Below are positions 23,942 to 37,617 of a stretch of DNA of 64,000 bases, piece by piece. Numbering within the stretch: position 1 is the stretch's first letter; each line of letters opens with the position of its first letter. A model generated the notes under the pieces. It was not told the DNA's origin. It saw nothing but the letters and a program-made list of their open reading frames with translations, and made no database searches. This stretch comes from Octopus vulgaris (Eukaryota): positions 56,978,001 to 57,042,000 of the forward strand of contig OX597818.1 in assembly GCA_951406725.2 (NCBI GenBank). The letters run 5' to 3'. The position numbers were made by a program, and so were the translations under genes.

Positions 23942-24132
23942 ATTCTGAATATAGTTGTTATAACAACAAGCACCGAATGTTGCATGATTCAAAATCTCAT
24001 CGTAGCACACAGACTGATAACGATCTTTTGTTAACGCCAAACGCAAAGCCACTGAGTGAGGCACCGGTAAATGGGGAAGAATTCTATGAGGAACAATCTC
24101 TCCTTTATGACAGACTCTTGAAAGCTGAAGAA
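23942..24132 (+). CDS. RasGRP: RasGRP exon: (D)SEYSCYNNKHRMLHDSKSHRSTQTDNDLLLTPNAKPLSEAPVNGEEFYEEQSLLYDRLLKAEE, C-terminal tail
   Basis: Long T tract plus ctcag acceptor and gtaagt donor at 24133; 191 nt, phase 1/0, open in the expected frame. Contains RSTQT. Confidence 0.85.
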
Positions 24133-24712
24133 GTAAGTTTCCTGTGAATCACGTATGTTTTTCTGCTACAATGGTCGCTACCATCCACCGGTAACTACCA
24201 CTGTATGGTTTATGGTTTTTTTTTTTTTTTTAATTTAAGAAATATGTTATGACCTTATTTGACCTCATTTGACCTTCAGGATTTATGCTTAGTCATGAGG
24301 TTACCTTATCTCATTCAGACAAATCTACCCTTCGTAGGCAGTTGGTTATTAACTGACTCTACATCTCTGTCTGTCTGTCTGTCTGTCCCTGTTTGTCTCT
24401 CTTTGTTTCACTCTCTCTTTCTCTCTCTCTGACTACTTGACCCCCACTTTTCATCTTCCCCTCTACCTTTCTCCCTCTATCTCTTTTACTCTTTTACTTG
24501 TTTCAGTCATGTGACTGTGGCCATACTGGAGCACTGCCTTTAGTTGAGTAAATTGCCCCCAAGACTTATTCTTTGTAAGCCTAGTACTTATTCTATCGGT
24601 CTCTTTTGCCAAACCACCAAGTTACGGGGACGTAAACACATCAGCATCGGTTGTCAAGCAATGCTAGGGGGACAAACACAGACACACAAACATTCACACA
24701 CACACACATACA

Positions 24713-24754
<42 letters not shown>

Positions 24755-25497
24755 ACGGGCATCCTTCAGTTTCTGTCTACCAAATCCACTCACAAGTCTT
24801 TGGTCAGCCCGAGGCTATAGTAGAAGACACTTGCCCAAGGTGCCATGCAGTGGGACTGAACCTGGAACCATGTGATTGGTAAGCAAGCTACTTACCACAC
24901 AGCCACTCCTACACCTATCTTGGTGACTATCTATCTCTTCCTCCCCACCTCTAGTTCACTGATTCTCTTCTGCTATTCTCCACTTCTCTCTCTGTCACAT
25001 TACAATTCAGACAAAAAAAAAAGAAGTCTATTCCAGTGGGTGACAAGTTCAAAGACGCTTTGTCCAATCACTTAGAATAAAGAATTCAAAGATAAGTCTG
25101 AGAACGAATAAATATTTAATCCATAATCGTTAGTCCCGACAGGAAAACCAATTATATATTTTGGGAGAAAGAAAATAAAGCATTGCTTTTATGTGGCAGA
25201 ATTTGTGGAATTCTGGATAAAACATTGAATAAATGGTTTTGTGTGTTTACATTCTGAGTTCAAATCTCATGGAAGTCAACTTTACTTTCTCATCTTTCCA
25301 TGGTTAGTCAGCGACTGGGGTTGGTTGTAATGGATTGTCTCTACCTCCCTTTTTAAATTTGTGATCTTGTACATGTATTAGAAATCATGAAAGATGACAG
25401 AATTAGCGGTCTGTTGAACAAAAACATCATCATCATCATGACTGTCACCATCCTGTCAAACCATCCAATCCATGAGAGCATAGAAAATGGACATTAA

Positions 25498-25523
25498 ATG
25501 ATGATGATGACGACGACGACGAC

Positions 25524-25554
<31 letters not shown>

Positions 25555-25723
25555 GTCATGGTGATGGTCATGGTGATAATGATGATGATGACAATGGCGA
25601 CGATGATGATGATGATGATGATGATGATGACAATGGTGATGATGATGATGATGACAATGATGATAATAATAATGATGACGATGACAACGACAATTATAAT
25701 GATGACAATGATGATGATGATGA
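25498..25723. repeat. Degenerate (GAT)n tract
   Basis: Directly visible. Confidence 0.9.
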
Positions 25724-26579
25724 TCTCCTGCTGTACCAGGCTCCAGTTGTCTGTTCTGGTAGGGTTTCTACAGCTGGGTGCCCTTCTTAATGCCAACCAC
25801 TTCACAGAGTGTACTGGATGCTTTTTACGTGGCACCGGAACAGGTGTTTTTAAAGTGGAACTGGCTTGAGTGCTTTTTATGTGGTACCAGCACAAGCGGT
25901 TTTTTACTGAGCATAGCATGGGTTGAGCAGTTTGACAAGCTCCAGTGAGCTGCAGGGTTGCATTGTACTCCATGGCAATATTTACATACCTGGATTACCC
26001 TTCCTAACATCAAGCGGATTAAGTCGATTACATCGACCCCAATGCATGACTGGTACTTAATTTATCGACCCCGAAAGGATGAAAGGCAAAGTCGACCTCG
26101 ACAGAATTTGAACTCAGAATGTAACGGCAGACAAAATACCGCTAAGCATTTCGCCTGGCGTGCTAACGTTTCTGCCAGCTCGCCATCTTATTTCATTAGA
26201 AATATTGTAACAAAAGGGTTAATATGAGGTCGGATCTGGCAGCTATTTCTAGCTGGTAGAACAATTGTGTAAAGGCTCCCTCATTTGCTGCAAAAGTTGG
26301 CTGTCGGAGCATATATATGTCTTGTGGTGTGTTAGTTACATTTCTCCTTCTATATTCTAATACCAAATATTGTAAAGATCAGCTTTGCTTTTCATTCCCT
26401 TCTGCTGGTCTTACCAAAGTACACAGTTAAGAACTGGGGGTAGGGGGTCCTTCAATCGCCTGTGCGTTTCCCTTATAATTCCTTGGTCTTCTGCCATGTT
26501 AGAGATCAATGTATAGTTTGTGGTGAAGCAAAGAGTTTAAACTCACGGATGCAGGGAAAACCTAATGTAAAAATAGTCA

Positions 26580-26637
26580 GACACACACACACGTACGAAT
26601 GTACACACAACACACGCACACACACACACATGCAACA

Positions 26638-26669
<32 letters not shown>

Positions 26670-26796
26670 CACCACACACACAACACACAAACACACAATA
26701 CGCACACACACAACACATACACACAACATACAACACACACACACGCACACACACACAGCACCACCATACACACATAACACACACACACACAAACAC

Positions 26797-26881
<85 letters not shown>

Positions 26882-26925
26882 CACCACACAACATACACAC
26901 ACACACACACACACAACACCACACA

Positions 26926-26961
<36 letters not shown>
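26580..26961. repeat. Interrupted (CA)n tract
   Basis: Directly visible. Confidence 0.9.
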
Positions 26962-26963
<2 letters not shown>

Positions 26964-27874
26964 TCTCTCACAAATTCTAAAGTGAAGGAAATAGGACTTG
27001 TCTCGTAATAGTCATTATTTTAATTAATTAATTAATATCTCCACCCCAAACATTAAGCACTTCACGTTTAAATATTTCGTTCTCGCTATTTTTATTAAAA
27101 CAAAAACTCACCAAAACAACTCGACAGAGAATCTAAGTGAATTTAGACCAAGAAGAGTTATTTCCCTTGAATTTTCTCATTTCTCTTTCAATGTCACACA
27201 GAGTTAAAAATAAAAAACAGAATGCAGGCGTGGCTGTGAGGTATGAAGCTTGCTTCTAAACCATCTGGTTCCGGGTTCAGTCCCACTGCGTGGCACTTTG
27301 GGCAAAATTTTTCTACTATAGCCTTGGGCTGAGCAATGCCTTGTGAGTGGATTTGGTTGGTGAAAACTGAAAGAATCCCGTTTGGTATATCATTATCGTT
27401 ATTATCATTGTTTAACGTCCGTTTTCCATGCTAGCATGGGTTGGACGGTTTGACTGAGGTCTGGAAAACCAGCAGCTGCACCAGGCTCCAATCTGATCTG
27501 GCAAGATTTCTACAGTTGGATGCCCTTCCCAACGCCAACCCCTCCAAGAGTGTAGTGGATGACCATTATGAAGCTGTATTGTTAATGTGAAAGCATCAAT
27601 CTCTGAGACCCATGAAGATGGCCAAGGAAGTAACTCCATGATGAGGAGCAATGGCGGCGGCGGCGGCACCACCACCACCAACACCACCACCAACAACAAC
27701 AACAGTAATAACAAGCTGTTGTTTATGCATGAAATGGTGATGCTGTTTACATCATTTTTTGCAAGAATATGGATGACTGCTCTGTTATAATATTACACAC
27801 AGGAAGACAGACAACAGACAGATTATTTCCTGTGCCTGTTACTCTATTCTTTAAATCTACAATTGACATTTTAA

Positions 27875-29130
27875 CCCTTTCATTACCAACCTGGCTGAAA
27901 CCACCTTTGGTTCTGTAGTACAAATGTCTTGTTTTCATAAGTTCTGAATTAAAATCTTCCACCAAACCTTAGCCACAATTTATGTTCCTAACACTAACTG
28001 AATGATAACTAAGTTATTTTACCAAATTCTTTGTTAAATTTAAAATTAATTGAAAGAAACACAGAGCATCTCAAAAGAAATATGATAACGAATGGGTTAA
28101 AATATATAACAGAGAAACAGTTCTTAACCCTTTTGATACCAACCCAGCTGAAACCGGCTCTGGCTCTGAGTACAAATGTCTTGTTTTCAAAAGTTCTGAA
28201 TTAAAATCTTCCACCAAACCTTAGTCACAATTTATGTTCCTAACACTAACTGAATGATAACTAAGTTATTTTAGTAAATTCTTTGTTAAATTTAAAATTA
28301 ATTGAAAGAAACACAGAGCATCTCAACAAAATATGGTAACAAAAGGATTAACAAATGATTAATTTAACCCTTTTGATACTAACCCAATTATAGCAGCCTC
28401 TGGCTCTGTAATACAAGTGTCTTGTTTTCATAAGTTCTGAATTAAAATCTTCCACCAAACCTTAATCACAATTTATGTTCCTAACACCAGCTGAATGATA
28501 AATGAAGTCTATCTTAAGGTCAGCGTGGTTAATACTAAACTAGTTTCACGTTTAATGTACAAACTAAATAAATTAATTTAAAAAATTAATCTAATTTAAA
28601 TAAGTACATACTATGATCTTCAGTTCTATACACACCATATTTTGTGAAAAAATATGCATAACTTTAACCCTTTCGTTACCAACCCAACAGAAACCACCTC
28701 TGGGTCTGTAGTACAAATGTCTTGTTTTCATAAGTTATGAATTAAAATCTTCCACCAAACCTTAGTCACAGTTTATGTCCCTAAAATTAGCTGAATGATA
28801 ACTAAGTTATTTTACTAAATTCTTTGTTATATTTAAAATTAATTAAAAGAAACCCAGAGCATCTCAACAGAAATATGGTAACAAAAGGGTTAACAAATGA
28901 TTAATTTAACCCTTTTGATACCAACCCGACTAAAACCACCTCTGGCTCTGTAGTACAAATGTCTTGTTTTCATAAGTTTTGAATTAAAATCTTCCACCAG
29001 ACCTTAATCACAATTTAAGTTCCTAACACTAGCTTAATGATAACTATGTTATTTTACTAAATTCTTTGTTGTATTTAAAGTAATTGAAAGAAATACAGAG
29101 CATCTCAAAATAAATACAGTAAGGAAAGGG
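27875..29130. mobile_element. Array of five ~221-bp TTAA-flanked MITEs (piggyBac-like ends)
   Basis: Copies at 27875-28096, 28128-28347, 28368-~28500 (truncated), 28668-28889 and 28910-29130. Each begins TTAA|CCCTTTyGwTACC and ends GGTAAC-AAAGGG|TTAA. Confidence 0.8.
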
Positions 29131-30720
29131 TGAAACTTATTTAAAAGAAAAAAGTTAACAGAATTTTTGGCACTACAACCAACACCATAACATGCACCAT
29201 CAATACCATCTTCTACCACCATCACCATGTGAAAATACGTACAAAACCCACATTTGCATCATCAGCATAAAAGCTTGTTCCATGATTAAAATCACTTTAT
29301 GAAAACAGTTTTTTCTTCCTGCTATAGACTCAAGGCTTGAAAATTTTGGGGAGGGTGATAATTGACCCCAGTGCTCAACTGGTATTTATATTGTTAATCT
29401 CGAGAGGATGAAAAGCTGAGTTGACCTCAGCTGAATTTGAACTCAAAATGTAAAACCAGAAGAAGTGCTGCTAACCATTCTGCCATTTTGGTGCCTTTTA
29501 TGGAAACAATATTAACAGTTGGCAAATCTATTCAAATTTTGGGGAAAAACTCACCGGTGAAGGACTAGCATAGTCCTTTGGATGAGGCTAGGATACACGG
29601 GAAGAATAACAACTTTGTTCAAAGCCATGTTTTCTTTATACTATATATTAATTAGTTGAAATTATGTTGCTTTTACTTAAAGAAAGCAATTATTAAAATC
29701 TACACACTCTAGAAAATTCTTAAAAATTCTAATTTTAATACAGAAATAATTTATTATCAAATACAGAATAATGTTAACAGAATACCAGGAACAGGATAAA
29801 ATATTCCTATTTTTGCTGCTGGCAAATTTTTCTGCAAAAACATGGATATTTTATTTTATTCCTGCTATTCTGTTAGCATTATTCTGCATTTGAGAATTAA
29901 TTATTTCTGTATCTTTCAATACATTTCAACACTTTTAAAAAGCAAACTTTGTTTACTTTCATCATAATTTGAATTTATAATTTTAATATATTTTTTACCA
30001 AAATGTGGTTTTCAGAGTCTTTTATTTTTGAGTATTTCAACAACAAAAAAACTAATTTCTGTTCATGGTGAGATAACATTTTTTTAATACTACAAAATAG
30101 AATCCTCTCTTTGTTTTTTCCTTTCTTCATACCGCTCCTTTTTATAGACATATCACAAAAACCATTTCCCCAAACAATAAATTTAATCTAGCATTACCTA
30201 AATTGTCAAAATTCTCATATTCTTTCATATTTGTTGTGTGTTGTTGAAAAACTAAAAAGCCAAAAAAAGAAAACTAATTTTAATTTGTTGTGTCTGGGGA
30301 GAGTCAAAACTATTGAAAAGGTTGCAAGACACAACGAAAATTTTAGGAAAATAAAAATAGGAAAAAAATGGAAATTTTACCGGTGAGTGTGTTATATTAT
30401 AAGGCACAAGAAGAAAATTATTTTCCCCAGACACAACAGAATATGCTTCAACACACGAACTCATATAAAGAATCTTGCAAACCAAATCCAAAAACGAAAT
30501 ATAGTTTTAATTTACTTTCATCAAAACACAAACTTGTACATTTATGTTTTTCCTAAAATAGGGGATTCAGATGTTCAGTTGTCTCCCTTTGTCTTTTCTC
30601 ATTTTTCCACACCTTGTTGCAAAGGTGTAAAAACTTTTCCAATTATGAGATCTGTTAATCAACCATTAAGTTCATTGTAGATATCATCTCATTTCTCAAA
30701 TATTTTATCAAGTGCTTAAC

Positions 30721-30940
30721 CCTTTAGCTTTCATCCTTATTCTGTCAAATGCAACCCTTATTCATTCACACTCCCTTGAATTAATCATGCATTATCTCAT
30801 AACTTCATGATATCAGTGAAGTGATTATTTCATTTTAGAATGACATTGTAGGGTAGGTGCGAAAGATTGGATCTGGCTGGTATGAATGTAAAACAGGTAA
30901 AACATCTAGGTCATACATGGCCAGTTTAAACGCTTAAGGC
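30721..30940. mobile_element. Second TTAA/CCCTTTAGC MITE family
   Basis: Begins ttaa|ccctttagc. Related sequences at about 11630-11826, 51712-52168 (split by an RTE UTR) and 57590-57776, two of which end taaaggg|ttaa. Confidence 0.55.
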
Positions 30941-31658
30941 CTAAATGAGTGATCTTCATAGTCTCTCAGTCTCCCACAGTTTATTGCAAACATGTTAAAA
31001 CCTTTTCCATCTGTGAGATCTTCTTTACTACTCAACCCTGAAGTGCATTCAACATCTCATCTCATGCCTCATTTCCTTTTGTTTCTTTATGAAGGAGCAG
31101 TGTATTACGGAAGAAATCCAGTAAGTGACCCTTTGATCTTTGTTCATTGCTTGTTGTCAGGCTTCGTATTCACTGAAACCCAGCAGCTGCTAATCACCAT
31201 CGCTTGGACATGCATGGTCAGTCTGTCCTGTAGTAGTGTTCCATCTTGCATTTTTGTCTCTCTCATCCTCTATCTCTTACCTTCTTCATCTTTGTGAATG
31301 CATTTATATATATACATATATATGTGTGTGGAGGCGCAATGGCCCAGTGGTTAGGGCAGCGGACTCGCGGTCATAGGATCGCAGTTTCGATTCCCAGACC
31401 AGATATTGTGAATGTTTATTGAGCGAAAACACCTAAAGCTCCACGAATCTTCGGCAGGGGGTGGTGGCGATCCCTGATGTACTCTTTTGCCACAACTTTC
31501 TCTCACTCTTTCTTCTGTTGGCCTGCTTGCTTAGCCAGGAGCGGGCGTCATTTGAAGACTAAAACAATGTGAAGCGCATTGTGACCAGCTATGTGTAGCA
31601 ACATCTGATAGCTTAGTCGGTCACGGTGATCATGGATATATATATATATATATATACA

Positions 31659-31950
31659 GGCACATGGCTTAGTGGTTAGGGTGTTGCACTCACGATTGCA
31701 AGATTGTGGGTTTGATTCCCGGACTGGGCGTTGTGTTGTGTTCTTGAGCAAAGCACCTCATTTTACATTGCTCTGCGATCATTTCGACATCTGACATGTG
31801 GCACCCAGTTGCACCTGTACAGGTAATGTCGATTTCATGGTGGGAGTGAGCTTATGTCTACACAAACATTTGATCGCTATAAACAGATCATCCGTGTGGT
31901 TGTGTGGTAAGAAATTGTCAAACCCACATACGTCGTCTAACGACAGGAGA
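31659..31950 (+). mobile_element. tRNA-SINE family E; inverted copy at ~23105-23405
   Basis: A box tggcttagtggt and B box ggtttgattcc. The body is shared with the minus-strand copy just after the C1 exon. Confidence 0.7.
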
Positions 31951-32094
31951 ATCAATCATATATATATGTATATATATTACTCTTGCTCTCACTCAACTGA
32001 TATATAGCTTTTGTCATGACACTCGTTCTTCTTTCCTGCTTGTTTCAATTGAACTGAGCAGATGTCTACTTTTGTTGTGTACATGCATGTGCGT

Positions 32095-32132
<38 letters not shown>

Positions 32133-33025
32133 TCACACATTATTAATGAAGGAAGCAGTCAAAGTATGCCAAAGAATAATCATTATATCCAACTTTACAT
32201 GGATGCCATGTTAGAACGCGAAATACTGTATCATTGGCCCCGAGAGATCCTCTCATATCGGAGCTTGGTGCATAAAAGCATACACATAAATCACAGCAGA
32301 TGAAATTTGTCCATCATGGGTGCCATAGTTCCCACATTACATGATTTTGGTCCATTGGGCCTCCTCCATGGGAAGCACTGACCATCGCATGCTTGTCAGA
32401 TCTCATTGCTATCATATATAGAATTTCAGCTGTTGATATCACAAATATCCAACAGGCTTATTAAAAAATTAATTATTAGGGATGGAAGCCATATTAATAC
32501 TAAAAGGTAATTCTTATTTATATCTAACTTAGCATGGATGCCTTGGGTGCTGGAATTCCCATATATATGATTTTGGTCGGTTGGACCTCACATGTATATA
32601 TATATATGTATATATATGTATATACAATGTTTTGTCATTTTCATATTTGCTGAGTGGACAAGATATGTGGTTGTCGATAAACATACAATGTTAATCCCTC
32701 TCTCATTCTGTCCCTTACATGATTACTGAGCAGACATGATATAATAACCATATAATTAAGAAGTTCACTTCGCAATTATGTAGAATTGTGTGAAAACAGA
32801 CTCTGTGGCATTGTGGACCAATGTCTTCTATCGCACCTTTGGCTTGACCCAATTGTAAGAGAAATTGCAAATGGGAACCCTGTAGAAGTTTACTAAATGG
32901 AGTGACCCTGAACTTGTTCCTAGGTAGTTGACCTAATCCTTGTTGAGTGTACCTAAACTGTTGTCTTAAACTCTTTATAACCATGTAATATTTTAACTGT
33001 CGCTAACTTATATTAATATCTAAAA

Positions 33026-33318
33026 CCAGCAGTATCACCCAGCATTGCTCGGGTTTATTTCGACCCTTTAGAATTGGAATTTTCGAAAAATCGTAAAAAA
33101 TAGGGATTTTCATAGAAAAAAAAGCACCTTCTTGATGTAAATAGTTTTTAGTGTTAACATGGTCCGATTTGAATTTTTTCTTCTATGGAAGGAAGAGCAA
33201 GCCTTCTTCTATCATACTCTTAATTTTGGTCAACTTGTGCTGCAGGGTCTCTGAGGAGACAGTGTTAGTTGAAGGCTACCAAACCTGACATACACAGACA
33301 ACTTCAGCTTTATATAGA
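33026..33318 (-). mobile_element. Short non-autonomous Helitron-like element
   Basis: Minus strand begins A|TCTATATAAAGCTGAAG and ends with an imperfect GC hairpin (cccgagcaatgctggg) followed by CTGG|T (CTRR). Confidence 0.6.
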
Positions 33319-34316
33319 TTAAGATGGATTATAATTTCTGTGCACAATATTTAGTCAAGCTTCTGTAATGTATGAATTGTTTTCTCAATACCCAGTGTGC
33401 TGTATTTGGGATATATTTCAGTAAATAGGAGACTAATGTTAGATGTTTTCTTTTAAAACCGACTGCACAAAAACAGTGATGTACTCCATTGGTTTCTTGT
33501 GCACTAACAGTAAATATATTCCGTATGTGTATCCTTGATATATATATTCCTTTCTATGCAGTCACAGCTTTTTATGATAACAATTTATATATAACAAGCA
33601 AATTAGCTGGTTAGAAAGTTAACCATTACTTCTTGGACATCCTAATACCTGGACATCCTTGTTACTTATTTGCTTTTACTCACCTTACTTTGAGCTGTGC
33701 AGATAATACTAGACTGACTTAGTGTTTCAACTACTCAGATAATACAAATTCACTATTTGATAGTTTGAAACACTTCAGAATATGTGTGACTGGAGATAAT
33801 AACTATATTGAAGTAACTGTGTGGGAATACTACCCTATATTAGAATAACATGATAAGAGAAATGTAAACTTTTTGCTTCATGAATCCAAAATACTTGTCT
33901 TATTTCAGTATGTTAGCAGCATTTTCTTTGTAATCTTCCAGAAAATTGACCTGCTTTTTCTTGAACTTTGGCATAGCAATTATCTGCACCTTTGAAATTC
34001 ATGAAAATTCCCTGTTTTCTTTTTGAGTGACAGTAGCATGTTATGTTGTGTCTGGGGAGAGTCATTTTCTTTTTGTGCCTTTATTATGTAACACACTCAC
34101 CGGTAAAATTTCCACTTTTTTCTTATTTTTATTGTCCTAAAATGTGTTACATAATAAGGCCCAAAAAGAAAATGACGACTCTCCGCAGACACAACAGAAT
34201 ATGCTTCAACACACGAATTCATATAAAGAATCTTGCAAACCAAATCCAAAAACGAAGTAGCAAGTTTAGTTTGCAAGAAATAGGACTACGGAACCGAATT
34301 TCATTCAGACGATATT

Positions 34317-34742
34317 ACTCTTACTCTTTTACTCTTTTACTTGTTTCAGTCATTTGACTGCGGCCATGCTGGAGCACCGCCTTTAGTCGAGCAAATCGAC
34401 CCCGGGACTTATTCTTTGTAAGCCCAGTACTTATTCTATCGTTCTCTTTTTTTGCCGAACCGCTAAGTGACAGGGACGTAAACACACCAGCATCGGTTGT
34501 CAAGCAATGCTAGGGGGACAAACACAGACACACAAACACATACACACACATACATATATATATATATATACATATATACGACAGGCTTCTTTCAGTTTCC
34601 GTCTACCAAATCCACTCACAAGGCATTGGTCGGCCCGGGGCTATAGCAGAAGACACTTGCCCAAGATGCCACGCAGTGGGACTGAACCCGGAACCATGTG
34701 GCTGGTTAGCAAGCTACTTACCACACAGCCACTCCTGCGCCT
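34317..34742 (-). mobile_element. SINE family A, well-preserved copy
   Basis: Full head to tail, near-identical to the copies at 47039-47443 and 58566-58982. Confidence 0.85.
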
Positions 34743-35738
34743 TACATATTCATTATTTTATTTAAAAAGAAACAAGAAATATTTGCTTCAAGCAATTTTG
34801 CTTCAGCTACATACATTGCTTTCACTTCTAAAGCACTTCACTAATATTAACAAATAACAAACTGAAAATTCTCTGCTCATCATTCCATCTCAAATACTCT
34901 AATATCACATTAATAATATCACATGATATCATATTGCTTTCATGACACTATTAACTTCATCCCAAGCTGCTCCATAAAATATTCTTAGGCATTTTTCTAT
35001 GAAAGCTTAGATTTTTCCTTTAGTCGAACAAGACATTTATTAACTCATTTCTCTCATATTAGCTGCTGTTCCATGATATCTGCTCCATCTAATCATTTCC
35101 ATATCGTCTTAGCTTCAGTGAAACAAATTAATATTTCGTTTACTCTACTCTGCTCTGCTTTGATACAGATTTTCTTTGTAAGTTATTGCTGTGGGTTGTT
35201 TCCCCTTTCATTCATACAAACTAGTCACATGATGTGAGCTGAGGTAGACTGGAGGCAAATAAGGTAAAATTATCAATGAAGTTCCTCATCATTATAAGAC
35301 TGTATGAAAATATTTTGATTTGTATTATATATATATATATATATATTATATCATCATCATTCTCATCATCATCATCGTTTAACGTCCGCTTTCCATGCTA
35401 GCATGGGTTGGACGATTTGACTGAGGACTGATGAGCCACATGACTGCACCAGGGTCCAATCTTGCTCGACAGTGACCTTGCTCGAATATATATCTATCAT
35501 CATCATTGTTTAGCGTCTGCTTTCCATGCTGGCATGAGTTGGACTGAGGACTGGCGAACCAGATGGCTGCACCAGGCTCCAATCTGACCTGGCAGAGTTT
35601 CTACAGCTGGGTGTCCTTCCTAATACCAACCACTCTGAGAGTGTAGTAGATGCTTTTATGCGCCACTGGCATGAGGGCCAGTCAGGCGGTACTGGCGACA
35701 TTGAGGTCTTAAGCATTCTTTTGTTGTCTTACCATTAC

Positions 35739-35786
<48 letters not shown>

Positions 35787-35788
<2 letters not shown>

Positions 35789-36354
35789 GTAGTACCTTGG
35801 TTTTCAAACAACTCTGATCACAAAAAAATCATACCTTATCTCCTGTCTTTCTCATATTATTTTAATACAGACAATCTCAGTTTATGGATGTCTCTGATTG
35901 CAAATAAATCCTGCTTTATATATATATCCATATCTATATCAATATATATATATATATATATATACAATAAAAATGGTAAATAATTTTTCAGTGGTTTTTC
36001 ATATAACCAACAATTATTTACCGGTAAAATTCCGGTATGTAAATATGACAAATTCATCGTCAGGAACTTCTGGAAAGTTCAGTATATAGTGAAAATAATT
36101 AAAGGGCGGGCAGCAGGCTGCCTTGCCGCATACCGGAGGAATTAGAAATGGCAGTCAAAGACTGTTTTTTCCATTTTCTATAAGTGGATTTTCCAAATAC
36201 GACGAACCCTGCGATTCACATACGCAAAAAACGGAGTAGCAAATAAACGAAACCAATCTCTTACCGTTAATGAAACATGTTCATCATTAACGGTAAGAGA
36301 TTGGTTTCGTTTTGCGTATGTGAATCGCAGGGTTCGTCGTATTTGGAAAATCCA

Positions 36355-36396
<42 letters not shown>

Positions 36397-36444
36397 GCGT
36401 GATTTATTTGTGATCAGAGTTGTTTGAAAACTGAGGTACTACTG
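35787..36444. mobile_element. Tigger/pogo-like MITE carrying a nested (TA)n-bounded insert
   Basis: ~44-bp TIRs cagtagtaccttggttttcaaacaactctgatcacaaa and tttgtgatcagagttgtttgaaaactgaggtactactg|ta. Confidence 0.7.
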
Positions 36445-36569
36445 TATTTCATAATAGAGAGGAAGGTGATGGAAAAAAGTTGTTACATTTCCTGTGGGTT
36501 TCTAACACCATGTCTGCTGTAAACCATATAACTGTGTGTGTGGGGGGGTATCATACACACAAGGTTCCA

Positions 36570-36900
36570 GACATGGAAGTTGTCACTTGAACTCACACGT
36601 CTAGCATTTTACACACTGCTGAAGAGAGGGTAAGTCAGGTGGGCCGGTGACCTTGTTCGAACGCCTGACACGCAACTCCCCCCAAGAGATTGTTTTACAG
36701 TGAACTGGGAGAAGGCAAGCAAGTGCACGCAAGGTGGACATAAGAAGCACTTTAAGGATTACACTCAAAGCCTCATGGGAAGAGCTTTGAGATCAACCCT
36801 GAAACCTGGAAAGCACAAAACTGCTCCACCTGGCAAAGATGCACCAGCTGTGGTGCCACCACCTATGAACAGGACAGGATTTCAGGGGGACAAAGAAAAT
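36570..36900 (+). mobile_element. Highly degenerate RTE (BovB-like) LINE C-terminal fragment
   Basis: Frameshifted RWAGDLVRTPDTQLP...FYSELGEGK...QGGHKKHFKD motif. Confidence 0.55.
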
Positions 36901-37033
36901 GTGCTTAGGGCCTCTAGGGGTCTTAATCCGGCCTGGTAAAATTATTTTTCATTCACTGTCAAATAAATTAGTTAACTTCGTTATAAACAGGTGTCATGTG
37001 TGTGTACAAGTGACCACTGTCAGCATGTGAGTA

Positions 37034-37617
37034 CAGTAATCCCTTGCCATATCGCGGTTCACCTATCACGGTTCACCTGTTGTAGTTTATTATTTAAGCT
37101 TACCTTGATTCCTCCGTGCTGTTGTTTTGCATTTATAATAAAATAAATATATACAAATTATAGAAATAATAAAAAAAAAATATAGTACCTGGCACTCGAG
37201 CCCTGTGCTAGTAGGGTATTAAGAGCACCATCCGAGCATGATCATTGCCAGAGTGGCTATCTGACCTCCATGCCGGTGGCACATAAAAGACACCATTCGA
37301 GCGTGATCGTTACCAGCATTGCCTTACTGGCACCTGTGTCGGTGGCATGTGTAAAAGATTCGAGCAAGGTTGTTGCCGGTGGCACGTAAAAAGCACCCAC
37401 TACACTCTCGGAATGGTTGGCGTTAGGAAGGGCATCCAGCTGTAGAAACTCTGCCAGATCAAGGTTGAAGCCTGGTGCAGCCATCTGGTTCGCCAGCCCT
37501 CAGTCAATCGTCCAACCCATGATGATGATGATGATGAGTACTGTTTCTACTTCACGGATTTTCACCTGTTGCGGAGGGTTTTGGAACATAATACTTGTGA
37601 TAGTTGAGGTTTTACTG
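37034..37617. mobile_element. Tigger-like MITE interrupted by an RTE 3' UTR (37187-37540)
   Basis: ta|cagtaatcccttgccatatcgcgg ... gtgatagttgaggttttactg|ta. Confidence 0.55.

Noticed and set aside
33400-35310. Possible very old Tigger/pogo transposase remnant on the minus strand
   Set aside because: The resemblance is too faint to support without a profile search.
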